Source: the human T2T-CHM13v2.0 reference genome, Homo sapiens
Reading direction: 5' to 3' (one strand)
NCBI RefSeq assembly: GCF_009914755.1
Contig: NC_060932.1
DNA length: 64,000 bases
Shown here: piece after piece, positions 14,915-28,912 of the stretch
Position numbering within the stretch: position 1 is the stretch's first letter
Layout: each line of letters starts with the position of its first letter
Translations under genes and position numbers: made by a program
Notes under the pieces: generated by a model
Told to the model about the DNA's origin: nothing
Seen by the model: the letters and a program-made list of their open reading frames with translations, nothing else
The model's database searches: none

Positions 14915-15129
14915 AGCACCTTCATTTAAACTTTTCAAATATGAACTTTTAACAACCACCCCTATTTCCATGAAAGTCTGTATCAGTTTGCAGAACACAA
15001 GCACCTGTTCTTAGACTGACATTGATTTCAGGAATCTATTGATTAAGGATTAAAGAACAAACAAATGTCCCAGCTTCTCCTTAGGCAGGACTACATGATT
15101 CAGCAGGACTAATTCGACAACATGATTTC

Positions 15130-15985
15130 TTCAACTCATTCTAATCAGATCTCTGCTGTCAGGATTCCATTGTGACTACACTCCTTGAGCTCTCTGGAGG
15201 CCTCCATGCTGCCATTTACAATGGTTACTTCTCTGTTCTTATTTTAATTTACTTCTCAGCAGAATTTTTCATAAGCTGACCACTTCCTTCTTCTGAGAAA
15301 TTCTCCTAATTTACCACTTGCTCATTATCAGTTTCCTGTACTAGAAATTTTCCCTCCATGCTCCCACTTTAAATATTGGGTAGCTCAGGGTTTTGTCTTA
15401 GGCCATCTTCTCTTTCTACACCCTGTCCCAAGATGTCTTCATCAAATACTAGAGCGTTAAATATTATCTATAGGCCAAGATTCCTAAATTCACATTTCTA
15501 TCCCTGATCTCTTCATGGGACTCTAGAGTCAAATGTTTAGTTGCCTATCACCACATAGCTCTCCAATAAACAATTGAAACTTAACATGGCCAGAAACAGT
15601 CTTGATTTTTTTCTAGTCATTTTGCACTTTCCCAGGCTTCCTCATTCTGGTAAACAGCATCGCCATTCACATAGTTATTAAAACCAAAGACTAAGATCAT
15701 CCTTGGCCCCCACCTTTATCCTTGTTAATGCTACTTCCAACTCACACCCCCAAAGTTAGTTACAACTCCACAACAAGTACCATGACCCAAGCCACGATCC
15801 CTGCTCTTCAGATTTTCCATAATATCTAAACTGGTTTTCTTGCTTCAACTCTTGCCTCATGCAACCCATTCTCCACAGAAGAAGGGTAAATATCTTTATA
15901 AACTATCTGTCAGATAATGCCATTTCCTTGCTTAAAACCCTACAATGTTTTTCATCACACACAGAGTCAAAATCCCAAAGAGTGT
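15130..15985 (+). mobile_element. L2 LINE fragment
   Basis: Typical L2 text ('ctctagagtcaaatgtttagttgccta…aaacttaacatggcca…ccatttccttgcttaaaaccctacaatg'). Confidence 0.7.
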
Positions 15986-16374
15986 GAATGTTAAGTTGTG
16001 ATGAGATTAGGTGAAGGATGCCAGTAGAGAGAGAGAACTTGGTGAAGAGAAAGAGAAAAGATCCCCAATGCTGAAAGGAAAGGGATCTAGACCACAAGTA
16101 TACATACCTGAAGACTCCTCCACTGCAAGTGACTGTGATTAGTCTAAGGATGTTGTGGCAGGAGTTTGAGGGAGTTCAAGCACAAACTAAGATAAGTCAG
16201 AGAGTGATAACCTCTGGGGAATGAGGAGAGATGGGCACTATTACAGATTTGAGGGGAATGAAAAAGATTTGAAAAGGCTCCTATGGAAAACACTAAAGAT
16301 TACTAATTTAAAAAACATATAAAGATTGGCAGTGTTAGTAGCCAGTTAAGGTTAAAGATCAAGAATTAATAGAG

Positions 16375-16562
16375 TAGTATTTTGCAAACTTTAAGATGTA
16401 TCAGAACTACTTAGAGAACTTTGTAAAAACGCAGATTCTTGTGTCCCATTCTGAGAGATTCTGATTCAGTATGCTGAAGGGGGCTCTAGGAATTTGTATT
16501 TGTAACATGTTCCTAAATTATACTGATGCTGCTGGTCTGGGATCACACTTTGAGAACTACTG
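16375..16562. mobile_element. MER5-type (hAT-Charlie) MITE
   Basis: 'gcagattct…gagattctgattcagta…gatgctgctggtctgggatcacactttgagaactactg'. Confidence 0.8.
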
Positions 16563-18192
16563 TTATCACGTTATCAATCTGCCTTTTCTCCATTGGCTTT
16601 TATCAGCCCTTATGGAAGCATGAAGAAAGCAAACATGTTCAAAGTTGCATTTTTGTCAGATAGTGCAAAAAAAAAACAATAAATAAAAGGAGTTAGGATA
16701 TTAGTAAAAAAATAAATAAATAAGAGTGGCTGACTAGATGGGTCATGGAATCTAACCAACAGGGAAGGAAAGGAACACGGTTGTGGGGGGCAGTTTAAAA
16801 ATGAGAAAATAAAGGCACAAAGGGAACAAAAAGCCCCTACATATACCATTAAGGACTAGAGAAAGAGGAACTAAATGAATAAAAGAAAAACAAAGTCTGT
16901 ACTTAGGGACCGAGATATTTCAGAGGTGGACAGTTTAAGAGATGATGAGATGTTCTATGGGAGGGAGTGATAGAAGTGGGATCAGTGCGAAAGTCACAGC
17001 AGATGAAGAATCTAAGGAATGAGGGGCTCAGATGCAAGATGAGTCATCTACATGGGCATGAAGTCACTCCAAATATTGGATGAGAGGGTGAAAGAGTAAG
17101 ACAGTTATGGAAAGGCTGACAAGAAAGGGAGGGCATGGCCAATTTCAGTCCCAGATCTGTCATTATCAGTCCAATTGAACTACCTAACCAAATAACTTCT
17201 CTGAGTCTCTCTTGACTTTCTTTTTTTACAAAATAGGCAAGATCAGAAATTTCAAAAACCATTCTGTTTCAGTTTTACTCTGGATGCATGTTTCCTAGGA
17301 GCAATATGTCTGAAAGAGCAAGGCTTAACCATACAGTCATGGCAATAAATCCAAACCATGGTATCTGGACTATACTCTAAACACACAGAAAATAGCTGAT
17401 TAGAACTGAGCACCTGCCTGGAGGTACTCATCAGGTTTTCTCCCTCAACCCTGGTATTATCATTGGAGGCTTAGGGAACTAGAGATAAATCCTATCTCTA
17501 TTATATCATTTTGTTTCTAAGACTTGGAAAATAATAAATGAGGAAGGGTTTAACACTCAGTCCTTGCAATCCGGATTGAAACTAAGGAGTCTCTCCTAGT
17601 GATTGGCCAAGAGAAAATTCCCTAGTCTGGTGTTCACTGTTATCTCCTTTCCAGGCTACTGAACCAAACCATCCTTGGTTCCCAAAAAGTGAAATAAAAG
17701 CACAAATATTTTCTTTTTAGGTAATAAAGGGCATCATAGATTTGAACAGCAAAGATACAATATAATTAGAGTTTTTCTCACAAAGAAGAGCTGGTATCCA
17801 CATGCCCATTTGGCTGCTCAAGGCAAATCCAGAATGCTCTTGAAAAAGAATGAACAGGAAATAAGAATTGGATCTGAAGTGAAGGAAATTCAACAAAATG
17901 AGCTAGTAGGGTAGCTGTAGGTGGTGGTGCCCCTTGTGAGGTGGTGAGAAGCCAAAGATATGAGCACAGACTATCTACATAATGTCTAGTTCTAAATATA
18001 CACTTAGTGAAAATGATTTCCATGAAGCAATTCTTTCAACTAACATTTGGGAATCTATCATGTGTGCACCAGGTGCTACCAAAAATGCAGGGATAACTAA
18101 AGTCCTTGCTTTATGTATGAAAGGAAATGTTTAAGAGTATGGCTCCTTGTCTCAAGTAGCTTAGTGTCTTGTAGAGAGAGGACTGATTTCCT

Positions 18193-18492
18193 GGCTGGGC
18201 ATGGTGGCTCACGCCTGTAATCCTAGCACTTTGGGAGGCTGAGGTGGGTGAATTACCTGAGATCAAGAATTTGAAACCAGCCTGGCCAACATGGTGAAAC
18301 TTCATCTCTACTAAAAATACAAAAATTAGCCGGGCATGGTAGCAGGTACCTGTAATTACAGCTACTCAGAAGGCTGAGGCAGGAGAATCGCTTGAACCCA
18401 AGAGACGGGGGTTGTTGTGAGTTGAGATTGAGCCATTGCACTCCAGCCTGGGCAACAGAGCAAAAACTCTGTCTTAAAAAAAAAAAAAAAAA
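18193..18492 (+). mobile_element. AluS
   Basis: Full Alu with A tail. Left TSD gactgatttcct at 18181-18192. Right TSD at 18587-18598, beyond the L1 fragment. Confidence 0.97.
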
Positions 18493-18576
18493 CCAACATG
18501 GCACATGTATACATATGTAACAAACCTGCACGTTGTGCACATGTACCCTAAAACTTAAAGTATAATAAAAAAAAAA
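18493..18576 (+). mobile_element. Young L1PA extreme 3' end (~75 bp plus polyA) within the Alu tail
   Basis: catggcacatgtatacatatgtaacaaacctgcacgttgtgcacatgtaccctaaaacttaaagtataataaaa, a near-intact L1PA 3' terminus. Confidence 0.93.
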
Positions 18577-20276
18577 CCAGACAGATGACTGATTTCCTCA
18601 TGCACAAAAACAGAAAAACTAAACAAAAAACAAGCTCGGACTTTATAATTTATAAGCAGCCAGCCAAGACTAAAAATCTGTGATTCTACAATAATCTATA
18701 CCTATATATTTCAGTAGTGCATAGAAGTCAAAATTTGGATTTATCTACAGTTAAATTCTGTATTGATGCACTATACATACACTATGAAACCACTACTATA
18801 GTCGTGTTTCTGAATAAATCCACTAGCAAGTATTCACTGATTGACTGCTGGGGATAAAGAAGGAAAATAAGAAAGATATGAACTAACTGAGGATAAAGGC
18901 CACAGACAAAAAATACAATGCAGCATGTCATGGTAAGAACCATACAAAAAACATAGTTTATAGTTGGGGAACCAGACATAGCCACTATGGTCAATAAAGA
19001 CTCCTGGCAGAAATGGGGTTGGAACTTTACCTTGAAGGATGACAAATTAGAGAAACGACATGTGCTAAAATTGAATAAACAATATTCAAATCATCCTTCA
19101 TTGTCCCCAGATCATTTTATGGAAAATATATTTAAAATCCCAAAAGCATTAGATAATTCACATTATACATAGGTAGGTAAAGGTGAATTTTAAAAAATAA
19201 AAACTACTGGAAACTTCACAAATACAACATTTCAATCTCTTTTATTCTCTATATTTATATCCACCAAATCTGTATTCCCCTTTATATAAAATAACATCAT
19301 CCAAAATTAAAGTGGCCTTTGCCATAATGGAAATACTATAGGAAAGCTAGTGCTTAACACAGTGCTAATTCAAAAAAGCAAATGAGCTCTCCTCAGGTGT
19401 ATGAGAAAAGGCTTCTGTGAACACTCTAGGACATTATAAAGCTTTCAGATGTGTTATGGAGCCTTAGGCTAATCCAGTGTTTTCCAAAGGAGAGTTTTTG
19501 GTCAACTTACACTCAATACCTGGGGTGCTAAAATGCCAACATAGATTATCTCAAGAAGCAGCCCTGGAATCTGTGCTTTATCAAACCAAGGTTTGAAACT
19601 ACAGAGCTAAACCATCAATTCCCAAAGGAAACTATAGACAAGCAAAACATTTAAATGGATTAAGGAGAATTTGAGTTCTTTTGAATTCTACTTATAATTA
19701 CTTTTCCTTTTGCTGACTACACACAATCAAATCAGGCAAATCTAGCAAGAATCCACAGTAGATTTACCTAGCTGAACTGTGTAATACTTAGACATGAAAG
19801 CTGAGTACTACGTTGTAATACATCTTTCAGGATTTAACAAAACATTCAACTAAGCAGTAAGTCACCTGGGCTTACCAGGTATTGAATTTCTGTGCACACT
19901 GGGGAAGGTCTGGACCTCAAATCCAATCCTGCAGTTGAAGACAACTGAAAGTAAACATTCTGGTACACCATTGAAAAACTGGAATGCATAAAGCATTCTG
20001 ATCAGTATTCTTGGTCTTTCTTTATAAGAAAGGCTGAAAATGTCTCCTTCTTTTTGAGACTTTTTGTTTCTTTCCTAATGAAGTCCTTCACCTGGATGAT
20101 CCCCCTTATCAACTGCGCTTCTCTTTCTTTTTCTTATCATTTTGAATGAATGCTGGCTAGAGGACAAACAAGAACTGTGAGACATGTTCCACAAAGGTAG
20201 TGCCAACTGAATTAGTTGGAATTGTAAATTACAAGGAAGAAAGTAGTACTCAATCTGTTGGATTTTGGCATGTATC

Positions 20277-20460
20277 TTAGCACAGCATTCAAAGACCTTC
20301 ATCTTGAACTCTGTCAATCCATCATATGCTATCTTCCCTGTCCTACTGAGAATAGATATTGAGGGCATAAAGACAGCAGTACCCTTATTTGGATGGAGTT
20401 AGGGATAGGATGAACAGCCATGGTGAATGTGTCCTGCAACTGACCTGGCCTAGGTGACCT
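20277..20460 (+). repeat. Copy 1 of a ~184-bp local direct duplication
   Basis: ttagcacagcattcaaagaccttc…ctaggtgacct, about 90% identical by eye to 21008-21191. Confidence 0.9.
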
Positions 20461-20744
20461 GCATGGGTCATGCATGTCCACTGGCCATCTGTTCTCAACA
20501 GAAATGGGATATGACTCAGCCTTTGATGTGAGGGAAAGTGTAATAAGCAGGTATCTCTGCTTCCAGCTTTCCACCTGGAATCCCTCCTCTTCAAGAGTTC
20601 TGATCCCTTTGTAATAAGTGTCCCCTCTTATTTCAGACTTGCTACTCTTGCCATCTCACTTGATTTCAATCATTTTTATTGTAGTTAACGAACTCTGCCA
20701 TTAAGGCAAAATCTCTCCTGGAGGTTGGATGGCTTAACTGTTAG

Positions 20745-20950
20745 AAACAAGAGCTCTGCCTGCAGTCTGACAGAAGCATATTCAAAGTCCCATGACTTTG
20801 AGCAAGCCACTTACCTGTGCCTTCACTGGCTTTAGTTTTTCCATCTATAAAAGAGGGTTGACAATAATATGTGTCTGGCTCACAATTGCCATGAGGAGTG
20901 AATGAACTAATGTCTAAAAGGCACATGCTTGGCACAGAGTAGGCATTTTG
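20745..20950 (+). mobile_element. MIR
   Basis: 'tgactttgagcaagccacttacctgtgcct…ttttccatctataaaagaggg…ttggcacagagtagg'. Confidence 0.75.
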
Positions 20951-21007
20951 TGCTACTCTGTAGTTACTTAATCTGTTTGATTTTGAATTTTGTTTGATTT
21001 TCGTATT

Positions 21008-21191
21008 TTAGCACAGCATTCAAAGACCTTCGTCTTGAACTCTATCAATCCATCATAAGCTATCTTCCCTGTCCTACTGAGAACAGATATTGAAGGCATA
21101 AAGAAATCAGTACCATTATTTGGATGGAGTTAGGGATAAGATAAACAACCATGGTGCATGTGTCCTGCAATTGACCTAGTCTAGGTGACCT
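21008..21191 (+). repeat. Copy 2 of the ~184-bp local direct duplication, followed by an A-run
   Basis: See copy 1. A-run at ~21205-21218. Confidence 0.9.
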
Positions 21192-21258
21192 ACTGCACTA
21201 TGACAAAAAAAAAAAAAAGACTTAGAAAGTCAGAAAGACTTTGTTAAGTCTTTTATGA

Positions 21259-21677
<419 letters not shown>

Positions 21678-22734
21678 GTATTTTCTGTTTTATTGTCCTA
21701 CTTAACTTCATGCATTTAATTTTGGTGACCCAAATGTTTCCATGCATTTCCAGACATGGGATAAATTAAGTCACAGTTATATTAATAATAAAAGTCTACT
21801 GGCTTTATATCAGCCTCTGCATAGCTGCAATACCTTGCCACTCCCTCACAATCTCTCCCAGCTGCTTCTGGGAGTCCCAAAAAGTATCTCACCTGTGCTC
21901 AGGAGCATATCTGATGATGTGCTTCTTCTACCTGCCCACTACCTGCCCTCCCCCTTGAGGATGCAGCCTTGCCACAGACTTTGCTGCTGCCTTTTGTGAG
22001 AACCAGTATGACTCTCTCACACTCAGAGGTGCAGGACCCACAAGGTGCACTTGGTGTAAGATCCCTTCAGGTCTCATTGTGCCAGAGAAGCCACATCAGG
22101 TTCCACATTAAAGTTGCAAGGACAATGCCCTGTCCCCAGCTCTAAACTGCAAGTTGTCACCAAGACCCCAAGTAACACAGCCTAAAGCCTGAACCATGAG
22201 TTCTACTATAGAGCAAAGCAGCTACATGAGCTAATGACTGAATATTTTGCAATAACTCCCTGCTTCTGGCCTTAGTCTTCTGCAGATTGTTCTCCAAAGA
22301 GCTGCCAATTTGGCTGTGTTAAAGCTTTAGCCAGGCTATTTCATTGTACTTAAAACTCTCTAATAACTGCCTACCTTGCTTGGAATAGATACCGAAGTCC
22401 TTACGTTGATCTACAAAGTCTTGCGTGATCTGGCCCCTGCTACCTCTCTGATCTGGCTCCTAGTTCTCTCCCATTCACACCACATCAGCTCTGTAGTTTC
22501 CAGGCACACACTGCTCAGCTCCTGTTTCAAGGCCTTGGCATTTGCTGCACCCCTGAATGTGGGGACAAGGAGAACAGAGGGCAAATTATAAAAGACCTTG
22601 ATGCTTTACTAAATGTTTGAAGTTTATTCCACAAATTTCATATAAGTAAACCTGTACTTACCTGTACATAAGAGAGAATTGGAATGCAATACAACCTAGT
22701 GGTCTGATGCAAATTTTTTGGAGTCAGATAGAGA

Positions 22735-22916
22735 TAGGGTCTCCAGATTTAGCAAATAAAATACAGGACACTCAGTTAAAGTTGCATTTCAGATAAATAG
22801 TAAATGATTTTCTAATATAATCATGTCCCAAATACTACATGAAATGTACCAAAAAGTGTTATTTAATTTGAAATTCAAATTCAACTGGGTTTCCTGTATT
22901 TTATCTGGCACCCCTA
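22735..22916. mobile_element. MER53-like MITE inserted in a MIR
   Basis: TIRs tagggtctccagat…aaatacagga / tcctgtatttt…atctggcaccccta. Degenerate 8-bp TSD gatagaga/catagaaa. MIR sequence on both sides (~22695-23100). Confidence 0.8.
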
Positions 22917-23987
22917 CATAGAAATGGAATTGAATACTGGCCTTGAACAAACTATTTAACTTCTTTCAGCCTTGGTATGAAAATAGAGTAATAATACCCA
23001 CCTCATGGGGCTTTTGTAACGATTAAAAAATATAATGCATGGACTGCACTTAGCAAAGTCACTGGCACAAAGTAAACAAGTAAATTGCCGCTGTTATCAT
23101 TATTGCTATTGTTATGATCATCTCATTTTGCCAGTGAAGCTTTCAATAAAACATTACATTCCTAGCAACATAATCTTCATATGAAACTTTGTATTTTTAA
23201 AAACCCTGGATTATCCAAATTTGTTAAAAAAGCACTTCTTATTTGATAAGAAAGACTTCAGGAAACAAATGTAATATTCTGAGAAGAATTATGATTTGAT
23301 TTCAGCTTGTTAAATTTTTATTTGATTGTATAGCTCTCAGCACATTCAATTCAAAACAATTTATTTTTAAATTCCATTCTTATGGCTTTCTTTTTTTTAA
23401 TAAAGATAACACTAACAGTATCCTGTGATGATATAGGGCTTTTGCTTCAGTTTTTGCTATAGATTTGTTCTCTGACTCATGTGATCTGGCCATGAATTTA
23501 GTAACAGATGGTAACTTGTGGTTTTATGAAAACCGAGTATGTGAGAAGCCTTACATATCACATTTTCTTTAGTCACCCAGACACTTATTCATTAAAATAA
23601 CAACCGAAAGAATTTTTAATTAAATAATGGAAACTCAGTAATGTGCCAGATATTGTTGGTTGCTTAAGATTCAAAGAATAAGACCTACTGGTTTCTGGTT
23701 TCACAGAGCTCTCACTGGGTAGAAGAGAAGATGTTGCAACCAGAACAAATAAGTAAAACAGTATGATAGGTAAAAATGTCACATAAGTCATACAATCGGG
23801 TGTAGGAAGTGAGATGATAGAGCAGACTTCACAAAGTCTGTGTAACATTGTAGTTGGTTCTTGAAGAATGAAAAAATGTATGCAAAGTAAAAAAGAATTA
23901 GATGGCATTCCGCATGGAAAGAACAGTATATACAAGGAAGAAAGGTATGAAAGAATTGGGGAAGTTGCCAGTTTAGTTTGGCTAAAG

Positions 23988-24352
23988 CAGTGGAACTCAG
24001 AGGATGGCCCAGAACCAGCAGCATCATATCATGTGGAGTATTTGTTAGAAATGCAGATTCTCAGGCTCTAACCCAGGCTTACTGGATCAGAAACTCTGGG
24101 GCGGACCCCAGTCCTCTATGTTTTAACACGCATTCTAGGTGATTGTGGTGCCTACTGAAGTTCGAGAACCCTGAAGTACAACAGTAGAGTTTTCAAAACT
24201 GAGTGCACATGACATCACTGAGGGTGCATCTTTCATAAACACCAATGACAGGGGCCACAAGCCATAAAAATTAAATCAGAGTTTCAGAAGGTGGAGCCCA
24301 GACCAAAAGTCTAAAGATGTTTTACTGTGCAGCCAAGGCTGAGAACCACTGG
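23988..24352. mobile_element. Two adjacent MER5-type MITEs
   Basis: 'ttgttagaaatgcagattctcaggc…atcagaaactctgggg…ttcgagaacc' and 'cagtagagttttcaaaact…ggctgagaaccactg'. Confidence 0.75.
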
Positions 24353-26259
24353 GATAGAGCACATGGTACATGAAGAAGAAAGGGCAAATAGACACTTCAC
24401 AAAAGAGGTAAACGCATGAAAACTCACTCAAAATCATCAGTCTTCAAGAAAGTACAAATTAAAACCACAATAAGGTAACACTGCACACCCTCACTCAGAC
24501 TGACCAAAATTGGCTGCTATAACTAAATGCTGGCAAGGAAGTGGAGCACTAGTGTATCATTGCAATTAAACAGACAGAGGTTGCCTGAAGGGTAAGGGTG
24601 AGGGTCAGGGATTGACTTTCCTGAAATGTCATTCCGTACCTGATCCTGGTGAACACCCACTTTTATTTCACTACTCGGTTTTATCTGGAAACCTTCCTGA
24701 AATTTCAAGTTACTCAGGCACATCCTCCACAACTCCTGCAAACCTCTGTTAGGACACTTCCTTCAGTGCTGCTACCACTTTTTAAAATGCCTTTCTCTTC
24801 AACTAGATTTAAAACCGTTTGAGCCAGGGTGTTCTTTTTTCTTTGTGGATCCCTCACGCATAGCACAGTATCTAGCATTTGTATGGGGATGGATGAGTGA
24901 GTAGACTGAGGGATGTTGGGTTACCTGATGATTTTGACACACCGTGTCATGACTCCATGCATTTACATATGCTGTTCCCTCTGCCTGGAATAACCCATTC
25001 TACCTTTTATTTTGTCTGTCTGGCAAAAACATCTCCTCTCTTAAAGATCATCATTCTGTGTCACCCATTCCATAAATCTGTCCCCCAACAAGGACACATC
25101 CATTTGGATTTGCTTCTTTCTTTAGGCCATGCTTTGTACATAGCTCCTCACACTTAACTTACTATATTGTAATTAATGATTTTCCTTCTTTCTGGATCAC
25201 TGATTTGTACATTTCTCGGGGGTTATTTCACTTTGTATTTTTCCTCAGTGTAGTGCTTAGCATATGTTAATGTTCATAAATATCTGTTAAAGAAAGAGAG
25301 AGGAAAATGTCCTCAGACTACCTCAAACATATTATGAGCATTTTAAGTGCATTTTTATTGTCTGTCATAATCAGATTGTGTTCTAAGTATTACTTTTGTG
25401 TGCATCCCCTCTGTGATTTTGAGGATTATTATACAAAGAATGGAAGCAAACAGTTTTCATTATAGCTTAATCACTAGGTCATTCAGGCAGCAGCCTGAGT
25501 CTTGAAGGCACTGAGGAGGAACAACAGAAGGAGGCTTAAAACCAACACATCAAAGTCAACACAGCAGTATTGACTCTATCGTGTTGGTTTTCAGTGGTTC
25601 TGAAATATTGTCTCCCACGAGTGATAGAAATGCAAATTTGAAGTAACCTGAATTTAGTTAGCAAAGCTAGAATGCTGACTTATAAAACAAACCAGAAAAT
25701 AAGACTTCCTCTCACTCCTGATCTACAATTTTTAAAGCCAAAAGAAAAGAGTCACAAGTTCATAAGAAAGTAAATTTCAGAGGATTCCAAACTAAAGTAT
25801 GCCCAGATAAGTAAGATAGATGCTGTGATTTCAACTGCAGCTATCAGTGCAGCTATCAAACAACGTGATCATTAAAAAACAAGCTTTAGTTCTAAGGATT
25901 TTTGAGATGTTAAGAGTATTGTGGTAGATACACAATTTTCAAACAGCCTCTCATGATGTTAAAAGCCAAATAACAAATCTAGAGTATAAATATTTTCACC
26001 ATTTCTGAGTTTCTATACAGAGGATAACACAGGGGGAAGAGAACAGAAAGATTCTGGAGTCCTTTGGAAATGAGAAGCAGCTTAAAAATAAGCTTTAAAT
26101 ATACAAAAATAGGAAAAAATAGTTACTTTTCTAAAAATGCTATAATGTGTTAGAGGAAAATGGAGAAATCTAAAGTCTTAATTCTGTGAGATTTCAAAAA
26201 GCTAATTATGAAAGTAGTTAGAAAAACAAAACAATTCTGCCAACAAAAAGACCTCTCCC

Positions 26260-26557
<298 letters not shown>

Positions 26558-26649
26558 TTCTCCCTATCAATATAGTAGGAAAACAAAATTTTTTAATTGC
26601 ATAAGCAGTAACAAATTTACAAGCATGTAAGGTAGCACCAAAGTGACCA

Positions 26650-27160
26650 CAATGTTAGTGTCATAGCAAAAATAGCAATGGATGAAGTTAAAAAAGCAAG
26701 GAAGATTTAAGACTGTTTCAACAGAAATCAAGACTATTGTAGTAAGAGAGAGATTGAACTCAGCTCTGCTGAAACAGGCAGGAGAGATTTTAAGCACTGG
26801 GGTAACTAGTGGAAAAGTACTGGAGGATGGTAGAGGAAGGTGGGTCAGTGTAATTAGGCCATCTGTGTTTGCTAATTGCTGCTTATCTAAGTTAGGTTTA
26901 CACCTCCCACAGAGACTGAGAGATAGAGGTTGCTTCTTACTTAATGATTACAGTTCAAAGGAATGATTCCAGGTCCTTAAGAAATATATTCCTGGGTTTA
27001 TACAACTGGCAAGAAGCTGGGGGAAGATTTATATCTCCAAGGGGCAGAGGAAAAATTTACAAATACAATTTTTCTAAAGTAAATGCTCTAAGAAAAGGGA
27101 GGTCAGGAGCCTATAGTCAGGAAAAACTCCGTCTAAAGTTTTGTCAAGCCCTCTTGGTCA
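26650..27160 (-). mobile_element. Solo ERV LTR-like element, same family as 5719-6237
   Basis: Collinear similarity to 5719-6237. A related LTR-like stretch follows at ~27310-27900. Confidence 0.6.
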
Positions 27161-27936
27161 TCAGGACAAAATCTCACACATTTTATTTGGCCAAACAGAA
27201 GAAAGGACAATTATTTCCTCAAAAGACAAAAAATCGTACCTCATGACAGTTTTCTGAACAACTCTTAAGAGATCTCAGAGGTAATTCCAGAGCTACATTT
27301 TTACATTTGTCAAGTAAAAAACAAATCAAGACTTAGTAATGAGAGACTTATTTGAAAGGGCTATTGCAAGGCGGGAGAGGGACTACTGCAATAGGGAGAA
27401 TGCTTTGGCCATGAGATCCGCAAGCATCTCAAGTACTAGGCAAGAAGGGTTTTTCTTTTATGAGAGGAGTAAACAAGATTAGAAAGAACCCAGGGTGGAG
27501 AAGTGGGATGAAAGACTGGCATACTAAGTAAATATATCAGAGGATGTTTTACCCTGAAGCCAGCATATTTTCCAGGAGGGCCCTTAAAGAGGGGATGGAT
27601 CCTGGCTCAGGCTGAGGATGGACTGAAGTTTGGGGTCCTGGGAGAAGGAGAGACTCTTATTTGATTAATAAGCATTTTGTTCTCATTGACCAATGGAGAC
27701 AAAATAGTTCAGTTAGTCATGAATGAGGGCAAGAGTGGGAATTTGGAGGATCTATGTCTGGCCTTAGCATAGGTAAATAAGCAGGTGTGAGTCTTATCTA
27801 AATCAACTGGAGAAGGGTGGTTCTTTGCAATAAGCCATTTCCCAGAACAAAGGGTTTCTTAACTATCTTAATGAGGCTCACATAAAATTCAACATCATCA
27901 CATATCCAGAGGTTATTTGACTCACAATCTTGGAGA

Positions 27937-28357
27937 TGTGTTAGGCCATCCTCACATTGCTATAAAGAAATACCTAAGACTCGGTAACTTACAAAGAAAA
28001 GAGGTGTAACTGGCTCACAGTTCTGCAGGCTGTACAGGGAGCATGATGCTGGCATCTCCTCAGCTTCCGAGGAGGCCCCGGAAGTATAATCATGGCAGAA
28101 GATGCAGCAGGAGTAGGCAGGTCACATGACCAGAGCAGGAGCAAGAGAGAAAGCTAGGTGCCACACACTTTCAAACAGACAGATCTCACAAGAAGTCACT
28201 CACCATTGTGAGAACAGCACCAAGAGGATGGTGCTAAACCATTCATGAGAAATCCTCCCTCATGATCCAATCATCTCCCACCAGATCCCACCTCCATTAC
28301 TGGGGATTACAATTCAACATGAGATTTGGACGGGGAACACATATTCAAGCTATATCA
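27937..28357 (-). mobile_element. MST (ERVL-MaLR) solo LTR
   Basis: tgtgttaggccatcctcacattgctataaagaaatacc…ggggattacaattcaacatgagatttgg…tatca. Confidence 0.88.
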
Positions 28358-28811
28358 TATGTCTACACTGTAATCATTGGAGAATGGGCTTAATCCCTAA
28401 TAAAATTTATTTTGATGTCAAAGGTAGGAGGAAGGACACAGATTCACCAGGCCTCCAAATAGACACTCTAAAAATGGGGAAACGGGAAGTCAGTGTCTTT
28501 GCCTTTTATAATGGAGAAAATCGTTTCCATTTGCCCTTACAAAGTGCAGATATACATTTATCGATTCAGTTATTTGGGTTTCAGGTTCAGATGGACAAGC
28601 CAAATCACTGAGTCTCTGAGGCTCACTTCCATATCTGTTAAAGGAAGTTTTTTTGGGTTATTGAAAAGATTAAATAGGATCATGTTTATGAAAATCCCTG
28701 CTATGGGATTTTGTATGTCAAACTTAATATTTTCCTCAAGTAACAAAATTTAGTGGACATGCCAATTATAGGAAGTTTTAGTAACATTGAAAGAAAAAAA
28801 TTAAAATGATT

Positions 28812-28912
28812 TGGTGGCTCATGCCTGTAATCCAATACTTTGGGAGTCCAAAGTAGGAGGATCACTTGGGCCTAGGAGTTTGAGACCAGCCTGGGCAACA
28901 CAGTGAGACTCT
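28812..28912 (+). mobile_element. FLAM/Alu left monomer fragment
   Basis: tggtggctcatgcctgtaatcc…gagaccagcctgggcaacacagtgagact. Confidence 0.85.

Noticed and set aside
20075-20594. Overlapping minus-strand ORFs as a processed pseudogene
   Set aside because: No protein family recognised in any frame, and no clear TSD or polyA. Left unassigned.
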